A stretch of DNA of 64,000 nucleotides. It comes from Tubulanus polymorphus (Eukaryota > Animalia > Nemertea). Both the position numbers and the translations under genes were made by a program. Where the stretch lies: the NCBI RefSeq assembly GCF_964204645.1, contig NC_134028.1, positions 22,874,345-22,938,344 of the forward strand. Reading direction: 5' to 3'. Shown here one piece after another: positions 1-13,152 of the stretch. A model generated the notes under the pieces. It had not been told where the DNA came from. It saw nothing but the letters and a program-made list of their open reading frames with translations, and searched no databases. Numbering within the stretch: the stretch's first letter is position 1; every line of letters begins with the position of its first letter.

Positions 1-574
1 CGAGACGATGGTTTCATATTTTGAGACCTGTTCGTTCTCTCTCTCTCTGTCTGCCGCGGTTACGCGAGGAGTGTTGTTACACGAAGTCCATTGTTTATGA
101 AATGTTTTTTTTCCGCGATGATATTTCATCATGAACAATCACGAATCAAGATAAAAAAAGAAGCGATGATATAAAACATACGTTAAACAATGACAAATGT
201 CAAGTCGTTTAAAATTTGTTATTTCATCCCGAATTGGACGAATATTTTAAGTATATTCAAGGAGAAAGTCTCAAAAATTTAGGATGTTTACAGGAAATGA
301 TTAGTCAAACTACAGCTTCTTGTCATAGCTAGGGGCATCATTATTTTGACGACTTCAGGAAAACAAGTATCATCGGTCACTTAACTGACAATAATTCTTT
401 TTAATGATATATCAAGGAGTTTCAACTAGTTTAGCTTGATTAATGAATTTTAGATAAGATTGGAGATCTTCAAAAATGTTTCGTCAATTCAGGGGTTAAG
501 TTTTCGAGGAATCGTAGTATGAACATTAAATTCATAATGAATTAATGCTGCTGGTGTTTGTATCAGTACTATAC

Positions 575-2793
575 CTGTTAACATCACCATGAATAGTAGA
601 TGCATCCAGTGCAGCGGAAGAGGCCGCAAGAAGTCGAATAGAGGATAGTAACATTGATTATCTGGATCGCCCCACCTGGAATCGACTTCGGTCAAACCTC
701 TTTCACCAAACAAATCTATAAACATCAGAATACCTGAAAAAAAAGATGTCCATATTGAGACATTTACACTAGGTGTCAATCCACAATTCTGAAACCTGGA
801 CCCCGCAACCTATCAGACATTCTGAAGCCTGGACCCTGCACCCTATCAGACATTCTGAAGCCTGGACCCTGCACCCGATCAGACATTCTGAAGCCTGGAC
901 CCCGCACCCTATCAGACATTCTGAAGCCTGGACCCCACAACCTATCAGACATTCTGAAGCCTGGACCTGGCACCCTATCAGACATTCTGAAGCCTGGACC
1001 CTGCACCCTATCAGACATTCTGAAGCCTGGACCCCGCAACCTATCACACATTCTGAAGCCTGGACCCCACAACCTATCAGACATTCTGAAGCCTGGACCT
1101 GGCACCCTATCAGACATTCTGAAGCCTGGACCCTGCACCCTATCAGACATTCTGAAGCCTGGACCCCGCAACCTATCACACATTCTGAAGCCTGGACCCC
1201 ACAACCTATCAGACATTCTGAAGCCTGGACCTGGCACCCTATCAGACATTCTGAAGCCTGGACCCCACACCCTATCAGACATTCTGAAGCCTGGACCCTG
1301 CACCCTATCAGACATTCTGAAGCCTGGACCCTGCACCCTATCAGACATTCTGAAGCCTGGACCCTGCACCCTATCAGACATTCTGAAGCCTGGACCCGGC
1401 ACCCTATTCTGAAGCAGTCAATTGAAACCAAAATGAAAAGTTCTAGCAAATTGTGCCGTTAGAATCTATCCGAAATTATTCAAAACCTGAATTTTCTGAA
1501 TATCTTTCTTTGAACGTCTTGTTGAAATTTGATTTCTGATCACATATAATCAAATTAAGTATGATATGACGAACGACAAATTTCTCAGAATCATTATTCG
1601 AAAATATTCTAGAGCTTCATAACGTTCAATTACTGCTGCCATGCCACTCCCTAATCATCAACAACCACCTACTGAGAGCTAGAGAATGTGCCTACGCAAA
1701 CTTTAACCAGAGCACAAGCAAAACTGATATACCACCGTAGCCCCCTGAGGGCGGACAGCACACGCCAAACAGTCTGCGCTGAAAATAATTCAAAAGCCAT
1801 CATTTGTCCGGGGAAAATGATGTCGAAGACAATTTTAGTCGTTTTAAGTCAAAACCAAATTTGTTGTCAAGAGGGAATAAATGTTATTGATCCACACAAA
1901 TATTCTGGAGCGAGTTGCACCGGTTTATCGTTATGGCATGATCATTGTGTTGATGAGTTTTTGAAATGAGGTCTACAGTTGGTATATTGAATTGTAATGA
2001 AAAAAATAGTGAAAACTTAATAAGGACCATGGCCAAAACCCAGTCTATACAATTTGCAAAAAGCTCAAAATCGAAAATATCGTTTAAATTGTATATTGAG
2101 TGGGCTTTAATCTTCTGGGGCCAGTTGCAAAGTCAAGGCTTAGACTTAAGACCAATTTAAGACATCTTAGTTCTTTAACCAATCTAACAACTTACGACCA
2201 GTCTTGAAATTTAAGACCATTTTTGGACTTAAGTCTCAACTCAGGAACCAGCCCCTGGGCCTGTTGCACAGTCATGGCTTAGACTTAAGACCAGTCTAAG
2301 ACCAACTTAGTTCTATAGCAACTTAAAACCAGTCTTAAGATTTAAGACCATTTTTGGACTTACGTCACGACTGTGCAACTGGCCCCTGATTATTTGGGCT
2401 ATTCTACTGTCAACACAACTTAAATACCGATCTGGCAACTTATAAAATTACAATTTATACTTTAAGGAATTGACTTTGAAATACAAACTGAGACCCAAAA
2501 ACAGAGCCAACTTAAGCAGTGTTACGTCTTTTTCAACACTGAGTTTGACTTAAGTGAATTTTCTGTGAACATGCGCCCCGTTAAAATCAAAATGAAAACT
2601 TACCGAACAATATTCTCATAACCGCTAACCCATATGGCTCCATAGGTTTGTGCGCTAATTGCGTAAACGCTTCGAAACTTCTGAAGTCCGACCATTCGAA
2701 GCCGAATACCTCTTTCATTCGTCTGCCTGGTTTATCGCGACGACCAGCGGTCTCCGCGATGCCTTCCGTCATCGGCTTTTTTGTTCGAGCCAT
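575..2793 (-). CDS. GGCX: Vitamin K-dependent gamma-glutamyl carboxylase, first two coding exons (gene continues beyond the left edge)
   Basis: Exons 2793-2604 (MARTKK...KPMEPYGLAVMRILFG) and 733-575 (ILMFIDLFGERGL...YPLFDFLRPLPLHWMHLLFMVMLTG), joined in phase 1 by a GT-AG intron. Matches the GGCX N-terminal motif P.DPASLAVFRFLFG...ERGL...FPLLDALRPLPLDWM. Confidence 0.92.
780..1412. repeat. 33-bp minisatellite, about 19 copies, in a GGCX intron
   Basis: Unit ccctatcagacattctgaagcctggaccctgca; accounts for the three overlapping repetitive ORFs at 769-1462. Confidence 0.95.
2118..2385. mobile_element. Two tandem copies of a ~130-bp MITE (TIR gggccagttgcacag...ctgtgcaactggccc)
   Basis: Terminal inverted repeats and a shared internal cttaagacca core; related copies near 24882, 39196-39415, 41615-41745 and 41849-41935. 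Confidence 0.75.
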
Positions 2794-4196
2794 TTTCGAT
2801 ACGATCTGGGCGAAAAAAAAACAAGATAAGAGATATCTGATAACGCTAGTCAGACTCCTGAAGCTGCTGCCGTGTGTCTGTGATGTAAGACGCAATCGAG
2901 CCACTTAGTGACGACAGCGGAACAGAAGCTGAGATGATGTTCAAACATAGACCGAGACTGTGTGTAAATGTCATGTGTAAATGAATAGATGTATCTAGTG
3001 TCTGAGGGGTGAATCTTAAACAGGAAATATCTGACACCTTCGTTCAGCGTCAACACGATAATAAACAACTCAACACTAAACCACACAGATTCCCAGAGGC
3101 CTGATCGTGTCATTTTCTGTATGTTCAGAAAAATATCCGACACAAGAATGAAAATATAAAATCCCTGCACACTAAAATAAAAAGAGCATAAAATGTTCCC
3201 TTGAGCTGATAGTTTGTTCAATGTAGCAGTAGGCTATATCTTTATAGTCGAACTCTTGAGGAATAGTGAATAACGTATTGAAAATGACTTGTAAGGATAA
3301 TGTCAAACGTCATAAAGATTATCAACTCAAGAAAACATGTTGGAACTCTTTTTATTCTCAGTATTATTTCATCGATGGTTATGGTAGGCTATCTATTTCA
3401 TAGACCATGTTCACGAGATACAGGGGGTGTACGGAAAGACCATCTCTACGACCTCAACATTTTCTTTTACAAATTTTTTTTTCAATCATCTTGAGAAACC
3501 CTTCGCCATGATTAGTCGGTAACCTGTCTGTGGTTTGTTGGTATAAGCCCATCGATTATAAAAGCTTATCACGAACAATGAGGTAACTAACTACATAATG
3601 TAGGTCTATAATGATATAACAGAATTGATAGCTCTAATTTATAACATTTTTCAAGCGACCTTATGTCAAAAAGTAGATCGCAATTTTGTGTAGAAATCTG
3701 ACAATGGAACTTTCTAGAATGTGAGAGCACAATTTTTATGAAAAACTCTGAAGATGTGACGCTGGACGGGCGAACCTAGATTGCATTATTACGAAAACCG
3801 AATTTTCTCCAGCATTTGACCAAAATATAATGAATAGGCCTATGAAGAAGTCTTCTCAAATACATTCAATGAGTTTATGGATGCTACGAATGAATCCAGT
3901 GGATTCCTACCCTGAACTCGTAGATAGGCGTTCTTTACTTCAAACTCATAGTATTTTTGTATCATAATGATCACAGGTGTAAATTTATCTGAGGTGTACA
4001 GCTGAGTGCTACTTGACTGTCTTAATTTGTATTTTCAAATATTGGTCTGACATTAGTTGGACCTGTCGGGGAATGCAGTTTTCTTCATATAGGGAAAGGG
4101 GAGCTGCATTCATTGTTAAGTTTATGACATATCGTGGCTGCTGAAAAGCAAGGCTTTCAATCCCCCAAAAAATTCAAGTTTAATTTTGGTGTAATC

Positions 4197-4437
4197 CAGG
4201 GGCGGATCTAGAGGCAGACAATGACAGGAGCACAGAATTAAAAAAGGGCAATTCATAAGAAAAGGCACTATCCACCCATTTTCAATTTCAACTCATTTTA
4301 ATGCAATTTCCTGGCACCTGAGACACAAAAATGACATTCTGCAACAATTCTTTAAGAGATGGGATTTTTCAAAAAGGGCACTCAGAATTTGCGACAGGAG
4401 CACGTGCTCTGCGTGCTCCCGTCTAGATCCGCCCCTG
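4197..4437. mobile_element. MITE with TIR caggggcggatctaga
   Basis: caggggcggatctaga ... tctagatccgcccctg, flanked by a duplicated taatc (candidate target-site duplication). Confidence 0.75.
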
Positions 4438-5846
4438 TAATCTTCTATGTTTGGTCCGTAGGAGCAGCAGATATTCTACAAGGGGTGGCTGATTTCGATA
4501 GGGGTGAATGTAAAAATGAATGGAGTGACCGTAGTCTGAATACCAGTCGTTGTTACCGGTTCCCTACAACCTGTTTGAGGAACAGCGGCTGAAAGTGCAC
4601 GAAAGTGCAGAGTGAGCTGAGAAGCGGGCTCTACTACAACACGATTCTGATTAAGAACTGCTTCGTCTGTTGGCTACTGCATACACTACTACACTAAACG
4701 AGCCATCCAATACTAGATCCAAACGACGTCAAGAAAAATAAACAAACCAAACACACCACATTGCATAATTTAGTTTGTGCAAATAAAATAGATTTACACT
4801 TTGACTTGATTACAGGTTTTAACATGTTTAAACAGATTATTCTAAAGGAAGTTTTTTTTTACCTACCTTCCTAAAATGAGCACCAGCTTAATTCTATCGG
4901 CAACGTCAAATACATCAGCGCATTTGTCAATCCGTAGCGGTGTCCAAATCGCTAATTTAGATAAACTTTGGAAATTAACAAAAACAATTTTCAATGTTTA
5001 CAGGGCTCCACATGACCTTCATCAATTAATTCTATATTGCTATTCGGAAAGAATTAAAAATTTATTCATCCGACGTCAAGAATTCGCAAAAACAACGGAA
5101 TAACGAATAACGGAAAAGTTAGATTCGACTAGAAAATATGAGATGAATCGAATCGTCCAAATAAAACTACGACATACAAAAAATATACAGATTACACCAC
5201 CAAAAATTGAAACTGTCCAAAAATCATTCATTCCTTTCTTTTCTTGATAAAGTGAAATGTTCAAACTCTCTGGGAATTATACAACAATCCAAATTTGTTA
5301 TTTCAACAAGCTGTCCGCTGCCCAGAAACACTTCTCAATCGAATGAAATTAAGGAATAATTTTACTTCAGGGGCTGCATTATTTTAGAGTCGGTGATCAA
5401 TTGCTAACAATGGAATGTTGCCTAGCAATCTGTAACCAACTTTTGAACAACTGGCTCCGGTATGCCAATTCAAGCATCACAAAGTCATCATTAGGTCGAG
5501 TCATCAATATCATGAATGTCCGACATCTATGAAGATTTCAAACAAGTTTGCATGTGATAAGATTTCGGTTTGAGAAGCATACTATAAAAATTCCATTCGG
5601 CCCCCCGAAAAGCATAACCTCCTGCAAAATAAAAAAACTTCGAAGTCAATCTTCAAGAAGAAAGAAACATTTAATGAAACTTGAAATTACAACTTATACA
5701 TTTCATATGAAGTAGACTCCTTTTTAATCTTCGATCTCACAAGAGAGTGAACAAAGTCTACTTTACTTAGTGAAGATTTTTCACACAATTTTATATAAGT
5801 CTACATCGATTAAGGTTTAAAGATAGTTCACAATGTTTTGATTTAT

Positions 5847-7115
5847 TTATTTATAGAATTCATGTTCTTGTTCGTCTTTCTTGATGTTATTCTTGTAACC
5901 TTTCTCGAAATCTTTCGCCAACACTACGTAACGGTTCTCGCGGACGGCCTGCATACCGGCCTCCTGAACGATTGCGTTGATATCGGCGCCGCTGATTTTA
6001 TCGGGCCGCGCGACGTAATCCTCCAAATCGACCTCCTCGCTCAAATTCATCTTCCCCGTGATCGTCGAGAATATCAACCGCTTCTGACGCCGATCGGGCA
6101 TCGGGAATTCGATTTTACGATCGAGCCGCCCGGGACGCAGCAACGCGGGATCGAGCGTATCGGCGCGATTCGTCGCCATGATCACCTTCACGTTGATCGT
6201 TTGATCGAAACCATCCATCTGATTCAATAACTCGAGCAGAATTCGCTGGACCTCGCGATCGGCGCCGGTCTGCGCGTCGAACCGCTTCGTCGCGATCGCG
6301 TCGATTTCGTCGATGAATATGATCGCCGGCGCGTTCTCCTTCGCCAGACGGAACACGTCGCGGACCATACGCGGACCCTCGCCGAGATACTTCTGAACGA
6401 ACTCCGACCCAACGACGCGGATGAACGCCGCGGTCGTGTGATGCGCGACCGCCTTCGCGAGCATCGTTTTACCGCAACCCGGCGGCCCGAACATCAACAC
6501 CCCGCGCGGAGGCTCGATTCCGATCTGGCTGTACAGGTCGAAATGCGTCAGCGGTAATTCGACCGCCTCGCGCACCTCCTGTTTCTGGATATCCATTCCG
6601 CCGATATCCCCGTACGTTACGTCCGGTTTTTCGTCGGATTGTAACATCGTGATGCTGCTGTCAGCCTCCGGGGGTAACACGTCGACTAATGCGTTCGAGT
6701 GTTTGTGTAACGCGACGCTGGCGCTCGGTTTCAAAAGCTCGCGGTCGATCGTCGACAGGATTCGCACGTAGTAATTAGAACCGGTCGTTGAGCCGACGAT
6801 TCCCGTATTCTGGTCGACCGCCTCGAGGAACTGACCGATGACCAGCGGTACGCTCTGGATTCGTTTCACCTCTTCCTGAGCATGCAGATACTCTTTTTTC
6901 AGGTTTTTCTGCTCGTCTTTGATGTATTCCTCTTGAACCTCGAGGAATTCGAGTTGTCGTTGGAGTTTCTTGTATTTGACGTACATGTCGTCGAACTCGC
7001 TGGACAGAGGATCGAAACCGGTCGTGTAATTCTGACCAGTCGTCGGTCTGGGGCCTTCTCCTCCGGCATTTTCTTCGACTTTTTCAGCGGGGATGACAAT
7101 GCCAATTTCGTCCAT
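5847..7115 (-). CDS. PSMC4: 26S proteasome regulatory ATPase subunit 6B (Rpt3), single coding exon
   Basis: 422-aa ORF with coiled coil [42 protein letters not shown], Walker A GPPGCGKT, Walker [35 protein letters not shown] and C-terminal EFYK. Confidence 0.98.
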   Translation of the reverse strand: MDEIGIVIPAEKVEENAGGEGPRPTTGQNYTTGFDPLSSEFDDMYVKYKKLQRQLEFLEVQEEYIKDEQKNLKKEYLHAQEEVKRIQSVPLVIGQFLEAVDQNTGIVGSTTGSNYYVRILSTIDRELLKPSASVALHKHSNALVDVLPPEADSSITMLQSDEKPDVTYGDIGGMDIQKQEVREAVELPLTHFDLYSQIGIEPPRGVLMFGPPGCGKTMLAKAVAHHTTAAFIRVVGSEFVQKYLGEGPRMVRDVFRLAKENAPAIIFIDEIDAIATKRFDAQTGADREVQRILLELLNQMDGFDQTINVKVIMATNRADTLDPALLRPGRLDRKIEFPMPDRRQKRLIFSTITGKMNLSEEVDLEDYVARPDKISGADINAIVQEAGMQAVRENRYVVLAKDFEKGYKNNIKKDEQEHEFYK

Positions 7116-7707
7116 TTTCGGCTTTTAACGCTTTAGGTTGTCGTTTCTCGATGTCGTCCACGAGACGACAATTCAATTTAATTTTATTCGAAAATCCAAA
7201 ATAACTTTATTGCTCATAATTTTGAATAAGCGGGCGTTTCTGATCCGTTCGCCTCTATCAAAGAATCTTTGAAAACCGGTTTAAATGAAGTCATAAATGG
7301 ATAAGGAGTTATCTCCATTAGAGGGGAGAAATCATCAAGGGAGACTGACTGATGATGGCTTAGCCAAACGTTGCAGATATTGGCATCAACAGTGGGGGCG
7401 CCGCCCCACGCCCGGGTGCTTCGCCCAACCTTAGAAATATCCGAAGCGAAAGATAAATCAGGTATTCCGCACTAATTTATTGCTCTAAACTTTATATAAG
7501 GCTAAAAATGATTCATTGTTTCTGCGCAGTGTCGTGTAAACCGCAATAGATTTGTAATCAGTGTGGCTGTGACTAGCCCGGGATATAGGATTTTTTAAAA
7601 AGTTGTACAGGATAGATAGGCGACCGACCGGGTCAACTTTTAAGCTCATCAGACAAAGACAAGGAAGGTATTAGCTATTTTAGCCTAACATTAAAAAGAC
7701 ATTTCTC

Positions 7708-9988
7708 CTAATCGCCGACGTTCCAAAGTTGATCATTTGCAATTTCACAAAATTTCTCCAGAACTGACCACTGGTTTGCAGGATCCGATTCATAGACACT
7801 ACACTCTACTAGTATCTGAGTGAATCTAGCGCAGATAAAAGTTTTCAAAACGCGTTTTTCCGCTTCGGTAATGTAGAAATTCGAAGTGTAACCGGATAAA
7901 ATCTCCCGAAATATTTCAAAAATATCACGACCCTTGTTGTCATACGTAAAATGCATAAGCGCGATCGCCAAGTCGAATACTAAATACGAATGACTGCAAT
8001 CGCCATAATCGATGTAGACAATTTTTATTTGGTCGCTGTTTAATTCGGAGATGATCACATTGTTCTCATTCAAGTCGCAATGAAGTATTCCTAAAAGAGA
8101 CAAGGAATAAGAAAAGGAAAAAATTTATTTTGAAATACAAACGCCATGTCTGTGTGATATATAGCAGCGGATACGATCCTTACAGGACCCGGGTCAACTC
8201 GGTGAATTTGACTAAAATCTATTTTCTAAAAATCTTATACTTTCAGTCATCGGTTAAATATAGTACCAAGTATTAAAGGTAAATTCTACTGTTAAAATAT
8301 CAAAAACGTGCCTGAACGCAAACGTTGTAAATTTGGGAGAACAATTTCTTCGAATTCTGTAATGATGTTGTCCAAAATGTGTCTAATTTCGGAATTCTTG
8401 ACCAGTGGAAGTAAACCTCGTAATTCAGGAAGGTTTATGAGATTCCATTTAACGGCCTTCGGTGGAACTTGAGGCAGACAAACGGGACATCCCTGTAATA
8501 AGAGAAAAAGAAAAAGCACCTAGCATTTTAGTTCAGACTTCATCGTTTTGAGTTTCTTTTCTATATTTTTTCGATTCTCAGATCCTGCAAATAGTTACCC
8601 CGTTTATTCACATCAACACCAATCTCCCACCAGGGCAAGTGGGGGATTTTCACAAGAAAAAGCACATTTCTTTTGTTTCATAATTTCAATACAAGTTTGT
8701 TTTTGAATTTCAGTGTTTTTTTCCCGATTGTTATGGATTTTTTGAACGCGATCGCATTAAACTGTATGGTGCTGTCGCTATACTAACTATTAGCGGATTT
8801 TTCATACACTAACATAAATTGACTCTGGCAGTAGACTCGTACCAATTGCCAGCGTCAGTTCGTATTTAGTGTATAAAAAATCCGCTATGCATGGGCGTTG
8901 CGGCAGCACCATACGGTGTAATGAGGCCGCGCATGATTCATCACGGGCACGCGGGCCATGATGGCCGTGGCAGTCTCGACCCATCATGATCGAATCCGAG
9001 GGAGGATATGTGTTCGAAAAAACACTTATGTTGATTGGATGGATCTGTAGTACCTGCTTTTTAGTACAAGTCTCATGTGTTTAGAACCCCACAAAATATT
9101 CTTCAGTTGCGCCGAAGGGCTGCGGAGGGATGACCAGTTGAGTACAATAAATCAACCGGCGATAATGTCCTACCTGGATTGAAACATTTTTATAGTGCAT
9201 TCTTTCGGAGAAAACTTATCTAATCGACATAGGAACCTTATATCATATTGAACCTTGACACATATCCCTGTGTCGAGCTAGACATAGTCAGTTAATGCAG
9301 TCAAATCTGTCAGGTGGTTTAGTTTCACGAGCAGGGATATTTTCACTGAAAAACCACGTATCAAAGCCGATCCAATTTATCGGATATGAACCCTACCAAC
9401 AACGATCTGGTAGCGAACTAGGTCGAATACTGAATAATCGTATACATATGTAACCAAATGGCGTATCTATTATCATTCATTGCACCAAAAACTGTGAATA
9501 ATTCTAGCGTCCTGGGCCGGGAGTATTTTGGCCAAACCAATAATTTCCCTTCGACGTATAAACATTTTACTTAAGATACATTAAGATTCCTTTATCTTAC
9601 CAAGATAAAGAATTGTATATAGAAAATGGAATTCGAATGATGATTCGGACATTTGTGTAATAGTTATTTCATCAAAAAGGATTTATATCGTTGATAGAAA
9701 ATATTCCGTCGAATATTTCTTCTACGTTGATTGTCCTATAAATCTATCAATAACGATGATAAAACCTTCACCTGTATTTTGCGGATGTTTTGATTGCTCA
9801 GAATTCAATATTTTCAGCGTAAATTCTCAGCCCGTTTTCGTCGTTTTAATGTAGAAATTCGCGTCGTCGACTCCGCCGAGACATTTCACTCGGGCGACGC
9901 TGTCAAATCCGTACAATTCCCGCAGCAGTTCGGCAGCAGTTTGACACGATGTTGGGATAGCTTTTGACACGGTGTTATCATCAACCAT
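7708..9988 (-). pseudogene. HYKK: Hydroxylysine kinase (AGPHD1/APH-fold) homolog, apparently disrupted
   Basis: Exons 9988-9772 (AAELLRELYG...LGGVDDANFYIK..G*EFTLKILNSEQSK), 8492-8312 (WNLINLPEL...FEEIVLPNLQRLRSG) and 8090-7708 (ILHCDLNENNVII...IDYGD...VFDLAIALM). In-frame TGA at 9827-9829, a GC donor at 8311, and no recognisable central exons. Confidence 0.7.
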
Positions 9989-10394
9989 GTTTCTCGCCTC
10001 AACATTTGTCACTTGTGTTGTGTGTACATGTAGAATAGCAATAAGCCATGAATTATGGACGTCCGGGGATGTCGTGGTGTCAGTTGTTTGACTCGCGTCG
10101 AAGATTTTAATCGTTTTTGACGCATTTTGTAAGGACGCCGCCCACGACGCGGAGACTGACTGAGTCATACAGGACCACTGGCTGGGCTTTCTTTAATCCG
10201 CTGGAGAAGCTAATTGAGTTTACTCCCAGGTAAAAGATAATACCAATCTTAATTTATAAAACTGGCCCCAGTCTTGTTTTCACTTCCCCACTGGCTTTAC
10301 TGGCGCATCCTCGCTTGCCAGGGGTCCAGTATCACTCCCAAACTCGCTTCCGCAAGCACCCTGGCCTCACGAAGCGTGATTTCATTACTGGCGC

Positions 10395-10830
10395 TGTTGC
10401 GCATGACGTCATATATCGATTTGCGAAATACTTCCTTGTTCGGTAAAACGTTCGCTGATTGGTCCATTTAACGGGAAAACCAACAGAAGTCTACTGTCGT
10501 CGGTTTGTTACAAGCGCTGTGATTGGTACGACCGGATTCTGGTCGGCTAGTAACGACTCCACCGACTCGTGAGGTCAAGGGGTTCGGGGAACAGCTTTAG
10601 CGTAGTGGGTTCGAATCCCTTGACGGGTGAAGATGTACTGGCGTGACGGCGGTGGCCCTAGCCGCTGCCTAAGCCTGGTTGCCGGTCTCTACCTTCCCGC
10701 TAGACTGGTTGCCTGTCCCGAAGATAGAGACCGGAAACCAGTCTACCTTCCCGCGAATAGGTGGCGCAGAATTGGAAGGCAACCAGTCTAGTGGCGGCGC
10801 GAAGCAATATCGAAAAGATGGCGTGCCTTA
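10395..10830. promoter_or_regulatory. Candidate promoter, possibly bidirectional
   Basis: GC-rich island with a perfect CRE palindrome atgacgtcat (10403-10412), reverse CCAAT boxes (gattgg near 10457 and 10521) and a YY1-type aagatggcg (~10815), followed by a splice donor at 10920. Confidence 0.45.
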
Positions 10831-11858
10831 TTATCTACTAACATGTACAGCAAAAACCTCGCTTATACAAACATTGCCACCCTCCTTTCCGACCCCTGAA
10901 ACCAGTATTTTGATATTTGGTAAGTGTTTGTAACATTGGTTTAAATGGCGAAAAATATTCCATCTCAGATACTGTGTGGGTAATCATTTTATTTCAGGCA
11001 CGTCCTACGTAAACGGTGCACATGGTGGCGCTCAGTCAAGCATATCGTCATTCATCCTGATATTTCTAGACCACGATGTTTTCGACTCGGAGTGTTGTAA
11101 TGAATTTTATTCTAAAATGATTACATCGACTGATTACATCAAACAGTGAAAACCGTGGTAAGTTTATTTCATGTTCTCTTCATCGCTTTCAGAAACAGAT
11201 AATATTTGTTCATTCATTACATTCTTGTTTTATATTTCATGTTCAATTGTGGATGCAAAACCTAAAGTGTGAATAGAAAAACCCAGTGAGTAAAATTAAC
11301 TGCAGAATGGAGCGAACAATTTAATTTGTAAATTTGAATTTTAAATTAGATGTTTCTGCAGTTATTTCTAATAAGGATAAGGCAAGGAAAGAAAACGATC
11401 TTAGATTTGTCTATTATAGGCATCACTTCAACATGTTCAATGGGAATTTTGATGCAGCGCAGGAAAACGAGGAATCACTCTTGGATTATGCACAGGACAT
11501 CAAGGAATCAGTGTTTCACAATCAGACTTTTTTGGTTTCGCACCGGACATCAGGAATCAATCGTGGATTCAGCACAGGACAACAAGGAATCAATGATTCA
11601 GTCAGACCTTTTTGGATTCAGCACCAGTAATCACTATATGTGGAAATTCAAGATAAGTTACATTTATCTATATTTATCGGTTGTTGAATTGATTTTAAGG
11701 GACCAGTTTCACAGTATTTGTTATAAACCATGTTTTGAAATGAAATCACAGAAACCTGTTGCATTTATTCAATCATTTCAAATTTCTTATTATGGGTAAA
11801 TATTTGGCTAGGATTAGTTCAAGGTTGGGATTTTTATTTCAGTAAGCATCTTAACAGG

Positions 11859-12570
11859 TTTTTAGCTCCGCTGTAACCGAAAGAGCTGATGGGTTAGGGT
11901 GATTATCTGTCGTCTGTCCGTCCGTCCGTCTGTCAACTTTTGCTTCAATTTGTTACTAGTGCTACGGTTCTATTCTAATCTTGACCAAACTTAGTATGAA
12001 GCTTCTATGGGCCAAGGGCTAAAAAGTTATAAAGCCGTTTTCCCAATTTGATCTCTAGGGGGCGCTGTACGGGTGGCGCTTGGAAAATATTTAAATCGCC
12101 ACTTGTCCTACAATTATTGTCCGATGTTGACGAAACTTGGTATGTAGATACTACAAGCCAAGAGCTAAAAAGTCATAGAGCGGTTTTCCAAATTTAATCT
12201 CTAGGGTGCACCGTACGAGTGGCGCTTGTAAAATCTTTAAATCGCTACTTGTCCTACAATTATTACCCAATCTTGACGAAATTTGGTATGTCAATATTTT
12301 TGGCCATGGGCTAAACGTTGCTGAGCCATTTTCCAATCTGATTTCTAGTGGGCGCTGTACAGACCATGCGCTTGTAAAATCTTTCAATTGCTACTTGTCC
12401 TACAATCATCTGATATTGACAAAGCTTGGTATGTAGATATTATGGGCCAAGGGCTAAAAAGTTATAGAGCCGTTTTCTGGATTTGAACTCTTGAGAGTGC
12501 TATGTAGGTGGTCCTTGTAAAATCTTTTCGTAAAACAGCGGAGCTGTATCAGCCGATAGGCTGCTTGTTT
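11859..12570 (+). mobile_element. Helentron-associated non-autonomous element (HINE/DINE-1-like)
   Basis: Inserted in a T-run; subterminal IR agctccgctgt/acagcggagct, (GTCC)n microsatellite near the 5' end, ~150-bp internal tandem repeats and a 3' hairpin cagccgataggctg. Confidence 0.8.
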
Positions 12571-12890
12571 AAATTGTGATCAACTCAAATGTTATTTCTT
12601 ATCATTATGAAACTGGTTCCTGATGTCAATAATACAACTGTTTTCTATCATGTTCCTTTGTGATAATCAGATCATGTGTATCTTTAGGTAGAATTTCTGT
12701 AGATTAAACCGTTGTACTTATTGCATACTGATTGAACAGTTACTGATACATGTAACATTGTGTACACATACAGAGTACAGATCACTGAATACTTCATCCT
12801 GTGATTGAACATTGACTTATGTTCTCTCATCTTCATTAGATTCCACTCCGTCTAACTAAAACATCAGAACATTTCAACTCATCTAACCTC

Positions 12891-13152
12891 GGGTTCGGGG
12901 AGGGTGGGTAGGGCTGGGGGAGGGAAGGGGTAGAGGGAGGGCGGGAGGGATGGGGTAGAGGGAGGGCGGGAGGGATGGGTAGAGGGAGGGCGGGAGGGAT
13001 GGGGTAGAGGGAGGGCGGGAGGGATGGGGTAGAGGGAGGGCGGGAGGGATGGGGTAGAGGGAGGGCGGGAGGGATGGGGTAGAGGGAGGATGGGAGGGAA
13101 GGGGTAGAGGGAGGGCGGGAGGTTATGGGGTAGAGGGAGGGCGAGGGGGATA
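12891..13152 (+). repeat. G-rich ~25-bp tandem array with G-quadruplex potential
   Basis: Unit ggggtagagggagggcgggagggat, about 9 copies. Confidence 0.9.

Noticed and set aside
769-1462. Three 208-229-aa repetitive ORFs and a superficially CRISPR-like array
   Set aside because: They are read-throughs of a stop-free 33-bp minisatellite in a GGCX intron; there are no unique spacers and no cas genes.
5838-6412. Antisense and alternate-frame ORFs inside PSMC4
   Set aside because: Shadow ORFs caused by GC-rich codon usage.
5847-9988. Conserved synteny of HYKK with a proteasome gene
   Set aside because: The vertebrate neighbour of HYKK is PSMA4 (20S alpha subunit), which is unrelated to PSMC4; likely coincidence.
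10595-10625. tRNA gene suggested by ggttcgaatccc
   Set aside because: Only a B-box-like motif; no cloverleaf or acceptor stem could be built, and it forms part of a local hairpin.
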